From positions 212,536,001-212,600,000 of the forward strand of contig NC_042997.1 of the NCBI RefSeq assembly GCF_006345805.1: a DNA stretch of 64,000 nucleotides. Direction: 5' to 3'. Below are positions 1-11,400 of this stretch, piece by piece. Below the pieces are notes generated by a model. It searched no databases. It was not told the DNA's origin and saw only the letters and a list, made by a program, of their open reading frames with translations. Position 1 is the stretch's first letter. Every line of letters begins with the position of its first letter. A program made the position numbers and the translations under genes. This DNA is from Octopus sinensis (Eukaryota).

Positions 1-247
1 CCAGTGGCACGTAAAAACCACCAACCAATTGTGGCCATTGCCAGCCTCCCCTGGCACCTGTGCTGGTGGCACGTAAAAAGCACCCACTACACTCATGGAG
101 TGGTTGGCATTAGGAAGGGCATCCAGCTGTAGAAACTCTGTCAGATCAGACTGGAGCCTGATGCAGCCTCCTGGCTTTCCAGTCCCTGGTCGAACCGTCC
201 AACCCATGCTAGCATGGAACACGGACATTAAACAATGATGATGATGA
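1..247 (+). mobile_element. RTE-LINE 3'UTR-derived repeat (family D) ending in (GAT)n
   Basis: GGAAGGGCATCCAGCTGTAGAAAC...CCGTCCAACCCATGCTAGCATGGAA...AAAC(GAT)n. The same sequence follows RTE ORF remnants at 7.3-7.9, 36 and 50.8 kb; about 25 copies occur in the window. Confidence 0.8.
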
Positions 248-309
248 AGGTATACAGTAACAAGTGGTTTAGATCATAAGAACATCATTATTAATTTAAT
301 TTATATATG

Positions 310-591
310 AAGGAGCACTCAGTCCAGTTACAACAAGGGTCCCAGCTGATTAACAGAACAGATTGTTCATGGAATTAATGTGCAAGTGGCTGAGTACTCC
401 ACAGACACGTGTACCCTCAATGTAGATTCAGTGTGACACGGCTGGCTCTTTGAAATACAGGTACAACTCATTTTTGCCAGCTGAGTGCACTGGAGCAACG
501 TCAAATAAAGTGTCTTGCTCAAGGACACAACACAATGCCAGCTACTGAACTCACAACCTTACAATCATGAGCCAAATGCCCTAATCACTAA
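310..591 (-). mobile_element. decayed tRNA-derived SINE (related to family C)
   Basis: Shares the 3' tail (GTACACGTGTCTGTGGAGT-CTCAGCCACTT) with the SINE at 21209-21588; GTGTCCTTGAGCAAGACAC motif on the minus strand. Confidence 0.6.
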
Positions 592-699
592 GTGTATATA
601 TACATATGTGTATATATATATAAATTATAATGGTTATCGACAAAAAAATTTTTGTTTCGGCATATTTGGCATTAGAATTTTTCTTCTGCCCTTATCTTG

Positions 700-736
<37 letters not shown>

Positions 737-808
737 TTTTTTGTCGATAACCATTATAATTTATGCGTCTTGAAACAAACCGATAGAAATCTTAAAAAAA
801 TTTGTTAT

Positions 809-867
809 TACCGTATTGGTCCAATTTCGGGGTTAATTCATAAGAAATTTTCCCCTCTTCAGTGGCA
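809..867 (-). ncRNA. minimal type I hammerhead ribozyme, copy 1
   Basis: Minus strand reads UGCCA-CUGAAGA-GGGG...CCCC-GAAA-UUGGACCAA-UA/CGGUA. Core intact; A.C mismatch at the helix I closing pair. Confidence 0.72.
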
Positions 868-1067
868 CATACACGAGATATAAATGAAATACTTATTCAT
901 ACCCACGGAAGAAGCAAGCACCAAGTCCCGAGCAGACTTAAGTACCCCAAATATATCCAAATAGAAAAATCTTAGGCGCACCTCGAGACACGTGTGATTC
1001 GAACTAGAAACTTTCACAGAGTGATAGAATTCGGAAGTGAAACACTAATAAATTAGTGTTTCACAAT

Positions 1068-1106
<39 letters not shown>

Positions 1107-1178
1107 TTTTTTGTCGATAACCATTATAATTTATGCGTCTTGAAACAAACCGATAGAAATCTTAAAAAAATTTGTTAT

Positions 1179-1237
1179 TACCGTATTGGTCCAATTTCGG
1201 GGTTAATTCATAAGAAATTTTCCCCTCTTCAGTGGCA
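1179..1237 (-). ncRNA. minimal type I hammerhead ribozyme, copy 2
   Basis: Identical to 809-867, offset +370. Confidence 0.72.
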
Positions 1238-1436
1238 CATACACGAGATATAATGAAATACTTATTCATACCCACGGAAGAAGCAAGCACCAAGTCCCGA
1301 GCAGACTTAAGTACCCCAAATATATCCAAATAGAAAAATCTTAGGCGCACCTCGAGACACGTGTGATTCGAACTAGAAACTTTCACAGAGTGATAGAATT
1401 CGGAAGTGAAACACTAATAAATTAGTGTTTCACAAT

Positions 1437-1472
<36 letters not shown>

Positions 1473-1529
1473 CACACATATATACATATGTATATATACA
1501 CTTAGTGGTTAGGGCATTTTATATATATA

Positions 1530-1841
1530 TCACTGTGATCACCATGACCAACCAGGCCATCAGATGTTGTTATACATCACTGGTCACAATGTGATTCGCA
1601 TTGTTTTAGCCTTCAAATGACACCAGCCTGCTGGCTAAGCGAGCAGGCCAGCAGAAGAAAGAGTGAGAGAAAGTTGTGGCGAAAGAGTACAGCAGGGATC
1701 GCCACCACCTCTTGCTGGAGCCTCTTGGAGCTTTAGGAGTTTTTGCTCAATAAACACTCACAACGCCTGGTCTGGGAATCGAAACCGTGATCCTACGACT
1801 GCGAGACCGCTGCCCTAACCATTGGGCCATTGTGCCTCCAC
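1530..1841 (-). mobile_element. tRNA-derived SINE (family C head)
   Basis: Minus strand starts GTGGAGGCACAATGGCCCAATGGTTAGGG...GGTTTCGATTCCC (A/B boxes); matches the head of 21209-21588. Confidence 0.75.
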
Positions 1842-1970
1842 ACACGCACGCATGTATGTAAATTTTAAATAATAAGGGTGAAAAATTGAATATTAATTTG
1901 ATTAATATCAATTTAAAACCAGTGGTCTAGCATATTGAAAAATCTGAAGATTCAGAAAAAGTTATATTAC

Positions 1971-2182
1971 ATACATATAAGTGGGAAGACCACTAAGTGG
2001 ACATCCATTGTGCTAGAAGAAGACCCCCTATGGACTTATCACTAAGAAAGGATTGTTCTCAAGAAAATTTCTGGTGTTTGCTAAATTTTCTTGAGAACAA
2101 TCCTTTCTTAGTGGTAAGACCATAGGGGGTCTACTTCTAGCATAATGGATGTCCACTTAGTGGTCATTCCCCTTATATGTAT
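1971..2182. repeat. long inverted repeat (100-bp arms, 12-nt loop)
   Basis: 1971-2070 is the reverse complement of 2083-2182 with about 6 differences. Confidence 0.95.
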
Positions 2183-2199
2183 ATATGTATGAATGTATA

Positions 2200-2484
2200 T
2201 ATATAAAACTTAGATATGTTTCCACCAGAGATTGGTCCAGTCCATATCTAACTTAACAGCACCACCTGATAGGATTATCTAAATCCTTTTTAAGTCAAGT
2301 TTTGTGGTATTATGGTCCATTCAAGTAGTGAATTCTTGTTGAATGAGTTGTATCCAGGTATGGGTGGCTTATCTGGTATTCCATGAAGAAATTTGTCCAA
2401 ATTTCGTTTAAAGGTGATGGGATCCTTTTCCTCTTTGATCAGTTTTGGGACAATGTTAAACAGGGCAGGGCCTGTTGAGGAAAA
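2200..2484 (-). mobile_element. CR1/L2-type LINE 3' end (inverted continuation of 3480-3976)
   Basis: 2364-2484 is the exact reverse complement of 3856-3976 and continues into the ORF end/3'UTR. Confidence 0.75.
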
Positions 2485-2634
2485 CGAACCTTATCAAAAA
2501 TATTTTTTAAAGTTAAGTGTAATAAAAAAGTTTATAATTGTTTCTTACTAGTTTCAACAGAGTCCACGTGGTGGTGTTTTGTGGGTGGGGAGCATAATGG
2601 CTGTCTTGCGCATTGGGGAAATGACCAGTGGCCG

Positions 2635-2866
2635 AAATAGCAGTAGTAGCAGTGACTGTTTGTCATAGTAGTAGTGACCGTGGTGGTTGGAGTTGCAGCA
2701 GCAGTTCATTGGCTGTAGTAGTAGCAGCAGTGGTTGGAGTTGTAGTAGCAGTTCATTGGATCTAGTAGTAGTAGTAGCAGCAGCAGTAGAAGACTGTTAG
2801 TCATAGTAGTAATAGTAGTGACCATGGTGGTAGTAGTAGTAGTGATTGTGGTGGTGGTAGTGGTAG
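2635..2866. repeat. degenerate (GTA/GCA/GTG)n trinucleotide tract
   Basis: Seen directly. Confidence 0.85.
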
Positions 2867-2903
2867 AATTCCATTTTTCTTTTCGGAAAACCAATATATA
2901 GTT

Positions 2904-3420
2904 TTAATGTTCCTGGCCCAGGGTGTTTAAACTTGGTCCGAATTTTCTAATGAAATGGAATTCTTTGTTATGACATTGAGTGAAAATTACGTTATTACTG
3001 AATTGGCAAAGTGGGAAAGTTGTGAACTTTGGATTTTTATTTGAAGCGCATTTGTCTATGTGGCCGCTGACAGGTATTTTCCTGTATTCAGGATTCCTAA
3101 TTTGGGATTTATGTACTGCCATCCTTTTTTGTAGGCTGTTCTTTGTACGGCCAATATATTGCCTATTGCACCTTGTGCATGTTAACACATAAATTAAGTT
3201 TTCCGATGCACAGGTGAAGTTTGTTCTGATGGTAAAATGATGGCCTTGTTCTAATGTGCATTCCGAACCTTCTACTAAGATGACACAGATTCTACAGTTG
3301 GGCTTTCCACATTTTTTAACTGTTGATCTTGTGGTTGTTACAGGGTGCAGCTTAGCTTGGGTTAAAATCTTTTTTAAGGATTTTGGTTGCTGTTTACTTT
3401 TTATGATAGTGTACGTTTGG
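2904..3420 (-). mobile_element. Penelope-like retroelement, GIY-YIG endonuclease C-terminal fragment
   Basis: Open frame reads KKCGKPNCRIC...FTCASENLIYVLTCTRCNRQYIGRTKNSLQKRMAVHKSQIR...VSGH: the IY...YIG..T...L..R...H signature with Cys motifs. Confidence 0.88.
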
Positions 3421-3479
3421 GAGTGCCCACATCAACAATAAGCTCGTAGGATGAGTTCCTGGATCTTAAGAACCTTCTG

Positions 3480-3976
3480 GTCCAGAGAACAAGGTGTCAT
3501 CATTCCACTTTTCTCCTCCATTGTATGGCCACACCTTTAATACTGGTGCCCCTTGTGGTCTCCCCATACAGAAAAAAGACATCTCAAAGATTGAATCACC
3601 CCAGAGGGCACTCACTAAAAGAATTGAAGGCATGACTGATCTCGATTACTGGGACTGCCTTAAAGCTTTGAAACTCTACTTTCTCTAGTGCTGCTGTGAG
3701 TGATACATCATTTGTACGATGTGGAGAATATACTACCAGCATTGCCCAAGCGACCTGAACATTAGTTTCAAGGTTCATCTAAGGCTAGGACCATGGGCCA
3801 TACGTCCCCTGCCCAATTAAGGATTGCAACATATAGGTCACTGCAACACAATTTCTTTTCCTCAACAGGCCCTGCCCTGTTTAACATTGTCCCAAAACTG
3901 ATCAAAGAGGAAAAGGATCCCATCACCTTTAAACGAAATTTGGACAAATTTCTTCATGGAATACCAGATAAGCCAC
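3480..3976 (+). mobile_element. CR1/L2-type LINE RT C-terminal remnant
   Basis: KDISKIESPQRALTKRIEGMTDLDYWDCLKALKL...GPALFNIVPK...FKRNLDKFL; frameshifted. Confidence 0.8.
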
Positions 3977-4661
3977 TCAAACAAAACCCACAGCAACATG
4001 CCTTTCACTGGTGTACACACATACATCAAGTAAGATGCTCAATCAGTTATTTCAATCTTATTCTGTTTAAATTTTCTCCACCAAATTTCTACAATGGAAT
4101 CATTAATAGTGGAATAAGATTTCAGAAAGTAGACTTCTCTCAAGAACCATTATTCGCTGCTAATTACCAAATATTAAAAATTCTTCACTTTGAAACTTGC
4201 TGATAAATTAACGAGGCTGTATTTTAGGAAGAATCTCTTGGAAATGTGTAAACTCTTGAAATATTGCAGTTTTAATGGGAATATCAAATGTGTAGCTGGG
4301 GATGTATGGGTGAATGCGCACGTGTGTGTGTGTGTGTGAGTGGATGCGTGCTAGTGTTTGTTTTTTGTTTTTCTTTGTGATTATGTTGCTTGTTGTTATG
4401 TCTACAGTCAGTGCACATCAAAGTGATTGCATCCATCACAATCCCATCTTATTATTTTCAGGAATAATGTACCTTGGTGTACAAGTCCCAATGTGTCCTT
4501 AGTTTAAAATGTTTAGTTGCCCTCCTTCTTCCTTATCCCCCAGCCCCTACTTTAGCCCCTCTTGCTGCAGTCATGTCTTCCCCATCCCTAAACACCCACC
4601 TCACACTCACATGAAACATCCCCCCTCTCTCCCCCTCTTATACTCCCTCCCTACTGTTCCC

Positions 4662-4950
4662 TCTTTTACTCTTTTACTTGTTTCAGTCATTTGACTGTGG
4701 TCATGCTGGAGCACCACCTTTAGTTGAGCAAATCGACCCCAGGACTTATTCTTTGTAAGCCTAGTACTTATTCTATTGATCTCTTTTGCTGAACCACTAA
4801 GTTACGGAGACATAAAAATCAACCCCAGGACTTATTCTTTGTAAGCCTAGTACTTATTCTATCGGTCTCTTTTGCTGAACCACTAAGTTACGGAGACATA
4901 AACACACCAGCATCGGTTGTCAAGCGATGTTGGGGGGACAAACACAAACA
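4662..4950 (-). mobile_element. SINE family A 3' half with internal ~87-bp tandem duplication
   Basis: TTTTACTTGTTTCAGTCATTTGACTG...; the segment AAATC(G/A)ACCCCAGGACTT...GGAGACATAAA occurs twice. Confidence 0.8.
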
Positions 4951-5199
4951 CGAGATAAATCTCCAACAGCACCTATTTCTCTCTCCCATCTTCCTTCCCC
5001 TTCCTTGTCCCACTAGAGTGGCTGAGTATCTCCTCTGTCGTAAGACAACCATCCCTGTCTCTCTCTCATATTCTAACCCTTCACCTGACACACAACCACT
5101 TCCCTCATTTCTGTTCACCCTCTTTCTCTTGCAGGCCCCTTGGTCACCTTGCTGATGTTGGTACCATGCCAAAAGTACTTATGCCAGTGCTACATAAAA

Positions 5200-5788
5200 G
5201 GTATGTTGGCTGGTGAGACATTGTAAGAACAGGAGCTGGTGTCATATGAAAATCGCCCAGTCCCCTCGCCCTCCGTAAAGTCAAAGGCATTAGGAAGGGC
5301 ATCCAACTGTGGAAACCATTGGAGCTCAGTGTAGCTCTCCAACCTTGCCAGCTCCTATCAAACCATCCAACTCATACCAGTATTGGAAACAGATGTTAAA
5401 CAATGATGATTGAAATCGATCAAAAATCACTGGAAATTGTAGTTGTGATACCAGTGCCGGTGGCACGTAAAAAGATCCATCCAAACGTGGCCATTGCCAG
5501 CGCCGTCTCGACTGGCCTCCGTGCCAGTGGCACGTAAAAAGCATCAACCTATTGTGGCTGTTGTCAGCCTCTCCTGGCACCTGTGCCAGTGGCACGTAAA
5601 AAGTACCCACTACACTCACGGAGTGGTTAACATCAGGAAGGGCATCCAGCTGTAGAAACACTGCCAGATCAGACTAGAGCCTGGTGCATCCTCTTGGCTT
5701 CCCAGACCCCGGTCAAACCGTCCAACCCATGCTAGCATGGAAAACGGACGTAAAACGATGATATTGATGTTGATGATGATGTTAATGT
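5200..5788 (+). mobile_element. two tandem family D (RTE 3'UTR) copies
   Basis: Tails at about 5410 and 5760. Confidence 0.75.
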
Positions 5789-5888
5789 TTCGATTATAAC
5801 ATGATTTTGTGCTTGTGTGTGTATTTATATGTGTATGTTCTGTAGTTACTTGCATGTGTATGTATACATATATTAAACATACATATAA

Positions 5889-7885
5889 GTGGTACACAAA
5901 GGAGTCATACCCAATGACTGGTGTAGCAGTAAAGGTGATGCCTTAGAGAGGAATAATTACAGAAGTATCAAATTGTTGGATCAGGAGATGAAAGTTACGG
6001 AGAGAGTCATAAAGCAACTAATTAGGGAGAGAGTCAGTCTAGATGAGATGCAGTTTGGGTTTGTACCAAGCAGAAGCACCACTGATGCTATAGTTCAGGT
6101 AAGACGGCTGCAGGAGAAATACATAGCCAAAGATGTACTTGGCTTTCATTGACATGGAGAAAGCCTTATCTGGTGGTCAATGCAGAAACTAGGGATAAAT
6201 GAATGGTTGGTGAGAGCTGTACAGGGATGCTGTCAGTAAGGTGAGGGTTGGCAATGAGTATAGTGAAGAATTCAGGGCAGAAGTTGGGGTTTATCAAGGA
6301 CCAGTCCTCAGCCCCCTTGTAGTCATCATAGTCCTCCAGGCAATAACAGAGGAATTCAAGACAGGCATGGAAGCAAGGTCTAGAATTGAAGGATCTTAGA
6401 GTCAATATAGCAAAAACCAAAGTATTAGTAAGTAGGAAGGCAGACAAATCACAAATCTCTTCTGGTAGATGGCCCTGCTCGATCTGTAGAAAAGGCATAG
6501 GTAGAAACTCTATAAGAAGCACCCATGGTAAGCTTTAGGTACATAAAAGCTGCAGCGATATCAGAGGAAGGTTAATAGGAAAAATAGTTTTTGTGTGTGA
6601 AAAATGCACAGGTACAATTAACACTAAAAGCGTACAGAAAATAAATTCCATCAAATGCCAAGGAGGTAAACTAGAAGTAGTCAATAGCTTCCATTACCTA
6701 GGTGACCAAGTCCAAAGTACAGAGAGTTCCTACCTCTGCTGGCAACAAAGGGCCTCTCATTCAGAGTGAAAGGCAAACTGTATGATGCATGTGTGCAAAC
6801 AGCTATGCTACACAGCTGTGAAACATAGGCTGTGTCTGCTGAGGACATGCACAGGGTTGTAAGAAATGAAGCTAGTATGCATCACTGGATGTGTAATGTC
6901 AGTGTGCATGCACGACAGAGTCTAAGGATCCTGAGAGAAAAGTTGGACAGAGGAGGCATCAGATGTGGTGTGCAAGAGACGACTGCACTGGTATGGTTAT
7001 GTGATAAGTACAGATGAGGACAGCTGTGTGAAAAAGTGTCACACCCTAACAGTAGAGGGAACCTGTAGAAGAGGTAGACCTAGGAAGACATGGGAGAGAG
7101 TGTTTGTTGGGATGCAGCTGCGCGCTGTACAAGAGGAGAAACATATCACCAAACTCCTCACATACGGTCGTATTCTCACAGTTTCAAATTTCTTTAGCAT
7201 GTGGCCAGTAATTTCAAAGTCCATTACATCAACCCCTGTCCTCAACTGGTTCTTATTTTATTGATGAAAAGCAAAGTCGATCCCGGCAGCATTGGGCCAC
7301 ATGGAAGCAATGACAAGTGACCAAGACCTTTGGTGATATGCAGTGCTCGAGAAGAAGACCCATCAAGCCAAGTGAGATCATAGTCGTGGCTGATGCCAGT
7401 GTCACATAACCGGCCCATTTAAAAGCACTCTTTATATGTTGAGCGATATGCTGTGCTTATGAAGACTTGTCGAGCTAAGTGATATTGTAGTCATGGTTGA
7501 TGTCAGTGTCACCTGTGCAGGTGGCACGTAAAAAGCACATTTTAAGTGTTGGGCCTCATGGAGGTAGTGACAGGTGACTGAGACCTTTAGCGATATACCG
7601 TGCTTGTGTTGACCTGTCAAGTCAAGTGAGACTGTAGTAGTGGCCGATTTTGGTGTAAGGACGATGGCACCCATGCCGGTGGCACATGAAAAACACCCAC
7701 TATACTCTCAGAGTGGTTGGCATTAGGAAGGGCATCCAGCCATAGAAACCTTGCCAAATCAGACTGGAATCTGGTGCAGCCCCCCACCCCCCCACCTCCA
7801 TCCCAGCTTGCCAGTTTTCAATCAAACCGTCCAACCCATGCCAGCATGGAAAGCAGACATTAAATGATGATGATGATGATGATGA
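5889..7885 (+). mobile_element. RTE-clade LINE remnant (RT to 3'UTR), interrupted at 7105-7293
   Basis: KGDALERNNYRSIKLLDQ...LDEMQFGFVPSRSTTDAI...LQEKY; RRLHWYGYV...RRGRPRKTW; ends in the family D (GAT)n tail. Confidence 0.9.
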
Positions 7886-8649
7886 TAATGCTACATGTGT
7901 ATATTTATATTTGATGTAAGAGAACATGCGAGGAAGCCATTTGAGTTTATCTTTCTATTAATTCTGGAACCAGTGTCTGCTGTAATAGCTGGAAATTTCT
8001 CACACAACATAATATATAACCCAAGATAAAATAAAATAAAAAAAAGAAACAAACAATGAAATAAAGAATTATTTGCTCCATCCCCCCCCCATTGCCATCA
8101 TAGCTCTCCTCCTTCTTCACCCCCCCCACCAACCTCCCTTCCCATACTCAACCTGAATCATATCATTAGTGGTGATTTTAGTTCTATTTACCTGCAATAT
8201 TTAGAATCATTCACAAACCATCAGTTTATAAGAGCTTCAGCTATTAGCCAACCTCCAGTGTAGTCATTATTCCATTGTAAAAGACATTTTCCATTGGAAT
8301 AATTCCTGCTCGTTATCAGCAGAAAACTCTAAAACCATTTAACTATGTTTTCTGACAGGATCCTGTAACATGAAAAGTTTGTTTGTCTCATGAAATCCAG
8401 GATTTGATTCCACTGCAGTCTGTCTTGGACAAGAGATGTTACCATACTGTCTGGTCGATCCAAAAGCTGTCAGCTAAAGAGGGAAATGGAAACTGTGTGG
8501 AAGCCTTTTGGCTGGATTTTAAATGTATTTTGAGAAGTCAATCTTCTAATTCTCATTGATTCTGTTGAGAGTTAGTTTAAAAGTAGCAGTGTGTCTGTTT
8601 ATTAATTAAAAATACATTAATCAATGAATAATGAAATGCATATATACAT

Positions 8650-8860
8650 TCTTTTTCTTTACTTGTTTCAGTCATTTGACTGCAGCCATGCTGGAGCACC
8701 ATCTTGAAAGGTATTTTTAGTTGAACTAATTGACCCCAGGATGTATTTCTTGAAAGCTTAGTAGTTATTCTATTGGTCTCTTTTGCCAAACTGTTAAGTT
8801 ACACGGTACATAAACACACAAACACCAATTGTCAAACAATGATAAGGGGACAAACACAGG
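8650..8860 (-). mobile_element. decayed SINE family A 3' half
   Basis: TTTACTTGTTTCAGTCATTTGACTGCAGCCATGCTGGAGCACC. Confidence 0.7.
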
Positions 8861-9851
8861 AACATGCATACTTAGACACACACACACACAAATATATCAT
8901 CATCATCATCATCATCATCATCATTTAACGTCCATTGTCCATGCTGTCATGGGTTGGATGGTTTGACGGGGCTGGCACACTGGAAGGCTGAACCAGACTC
9001 CAACCTGACTTGGCATGGTTTTCTATGGCTGGATGCCCTTCCTAACACCAACAGGCTTCTTTCAGTTTCCATCTACCACATATGGAATTTGGCCAAAAAT
9101 AAAAAATTTGTATTTGATTGTTGAATGTGGGAAATCAGTCAACCAAAACAAAATCCGTGCATCATTGATCTCATTATCTCACCTGTTCTACACAAAGACT
9201 ACTACAAATACTTCAAAAAAGGTTCTGTGAATAAAGGTAGAATAACCCAAGAATATTATTCCAGACTTAAAAAAACAAGACAGTTAGAACTCTCCTCTTA
9301 CAAGACATTATCCCATAATGCATTTGCAGTGCCGATTTCAATATTTGCGATACTCGACTGGTCTGTAAAGGAAATCCACTTCCAGACCCACAAGATCCTG
9401 AGGTCATATGGAAACTTCCACAGAAAAGGTGATATCGACATGTTCTGCTTAAGAAGGGATGAATAAGGTAGAAACCTGAGATCAGTGCAGACAGCCTTTG
9501 AATGTCATGTAGTGTCACTTGGACACCACCTGCTAATCAACATCAGCAAAATTAAATGCATGAATTTAGTGCTGGACAGCAAAAATGGACATCCCACGTG
9601 TTTGTAGTGAGCTTTTCAGGAAGCACTCACTTCCTGATGAGCTCCTTTACAACTCCCAAAAGTCTCAGTTACATAGAATAGTTGGATGGGAAACATTCAG
9701 TAAAAAAGGTTATGCATGGCTATGTTTCTTGAAGAAGACAGTAATATCACCATGAAGTGCTGTCTTTCATGGAATCATGACTGCTACATCACATCATGCT
9801 TTGAAGGCTATGCATTTGCAATCCGAGAACAGGGGATTTGCTGTTAAATAA

Positions 9852-10083
9852 CTATTTCTTTACTACCCACAAGGGGCTAAACACAGAGAGGACAAACAGG
9901 GACAGACAAACGGATTAAGTCGATTACATGGACCCCAGTGTATAACTGGTACTAATTTAATTGACCCTGAAAGGATGAAAGGCAAAGTCGACCTTGGCGG
10001 AATTTGAACTCAGAACGCAACGGTGGACGAAATATCATAAAGCATTTTGCCCGGTGTGCTAACGTTTCTGCCAGCTCACCGCC
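9852..10083 (-). mobile_element. SINE family B with 10-bp TSD
   Basis: GGCGGTGAGCTGGCAGAAACGTTAGC...GAGTTCAAATTCC...GCCTTTCATCCTTTC core; TSD CTGTTAAATA at 9841 and 10089. Confidence 0.85.
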
Positions 10084-10230
10084 TTTTTCTGTTAAATACC
10101 TAATAAGCGAAAGAGACAGTGATGCTGCCCTTGGAGGTCAATGATGCAATGAAAAATGTAAATTGTGCTACATTTCTATGGAAGACACCACAAATGTGTT
10201 TAGAAGCTGTCCCCAAAATGTCATCAAGGC

Positions 10231-10660
10231 ACTCTTTACTCTTTTCTTTTAGTCTTTTACTTGTTTCAGTCATTTGATTGCGGCCATGCTGGAGCACCGC
10301 CTTTTTTTAGTCGAGCAAATCGACCCCGGGACTTATTCTTTGTAAGCCCAGTACTTATTCTATCGGTCTCTTTTGCCGATCCGCTAAGTGACGGGGACGT
10401 AAACACACCAGCATTGGTTGTCAAGCAATGCTAGGGGGACAAACACAGACACACAAACACACACACATACATATATACATATATATATACATATATACGA
10501 CAGGCTTCTTTCAGTTTCTGTCTACCAAATCCACTCACAAGGCATTGGTCGGCCCGGGGCTATAGCAGAAGACAGTTGCCCAAGATGCCACGCAGTGGGA
10601 CTGAACCCGGAACCATGTGGTTGGTTAGCAAGCTACTTACCACACAGCCACTCCTGCGCC
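10231..10660 (-). mobile_element. full-length tRNA-derived SINE family A
   Basis: A box TGGCTGTGTGG, B box GGTTCAGTCCC, (AAAGAGT)n tail. Confidence 0.9.
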
Positions 10661-10906
10661 TACTGCCACCCTATGTGACATGATGTTGCTAAAACAATAT
10701 ACAATGTCATTGAGAAGAAGACTTTCCATGGAATAAATGGAGAATTCCCCTCTTATTCAATTCACCCACAAACATCAACACAAGGAATATCAGTGGAACA
10801 TTCTCATCAAAACTTCTGTCAAGTGCAAACAGGTCTGACATTGTTGTTCGGGACAGACAAGAAAATCCATGTATCATCATAGAGGTCAGCTATCCAGCTG
10901 ATACGA

Positions 10907-11400
10907 ATCATCATCATCATCATCATCAACATCATCATCGTTTAACGTCCTTTTTCCATGCTAGCATGGGTTGGACGGTTCAACCGGGGATCTGGGAAGC
11001 CAGGGGCTGCACCAGGCTCCAGTCTGATCTGGCAGTGTTTCTACAGCTGGATGCCCTTCCTAACGCCAACCACTCCGCGAGTGTAGTGGGTGCTTTTTAC
11101 GTGCCACCTGCACAGGTGCCAGGTGAGTCCGCCATCGGCCACGATCAGTTGGTGCTTTTAACGTGCCACCGGCACGGAAGCCAGCCAAGGCGGCGCTGGC
11201 ATCGGCCACATTCGGATGGAGCCTTTTATGTGCCACCGGCACAGAAGCCAGTCGAGGCGGCGCTGGCATCGGCCACGTTCGGATGGTGCTTTTTATGTGC
11301 CACCGGCACAGAAGCCAGTCGAGGCGGTGCTGGCATCGGCCACGTTCGGATGGTGCTTTTTATGTGCCACTGGCACAGGTATCACAACTACTATTTCCCT
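10907..11400 (-). mobile_element. family D copy with internal ~67-bp tandem units
   Basis: GTGCCACC/TGGCAC-like motif recurs at 11101, 11163, 11230, 11297 and 11364. Confidence 0.85.

Larger units (their letters stand above)
701..1440 (-). repeat. 2 x 370-bp tandem repeat (Penelope pseudo-LTR/retrozyme-like), units separated by (TA)n
   Basis: 701-1070 and 1071-1440 are near-identical. Each has a hammerhead motif and a perfect 13-bp inverted repeat (1037-1064). Confidence 0.9.

Noticed and set aside
2541-2570. Half hammerhead (minus GAAACUAGUA/AGAAA) downstream of the Penelope ORF
   Set aside because: No matching CUGANGA or helix I 5' strand visible nearby; at most a remnant
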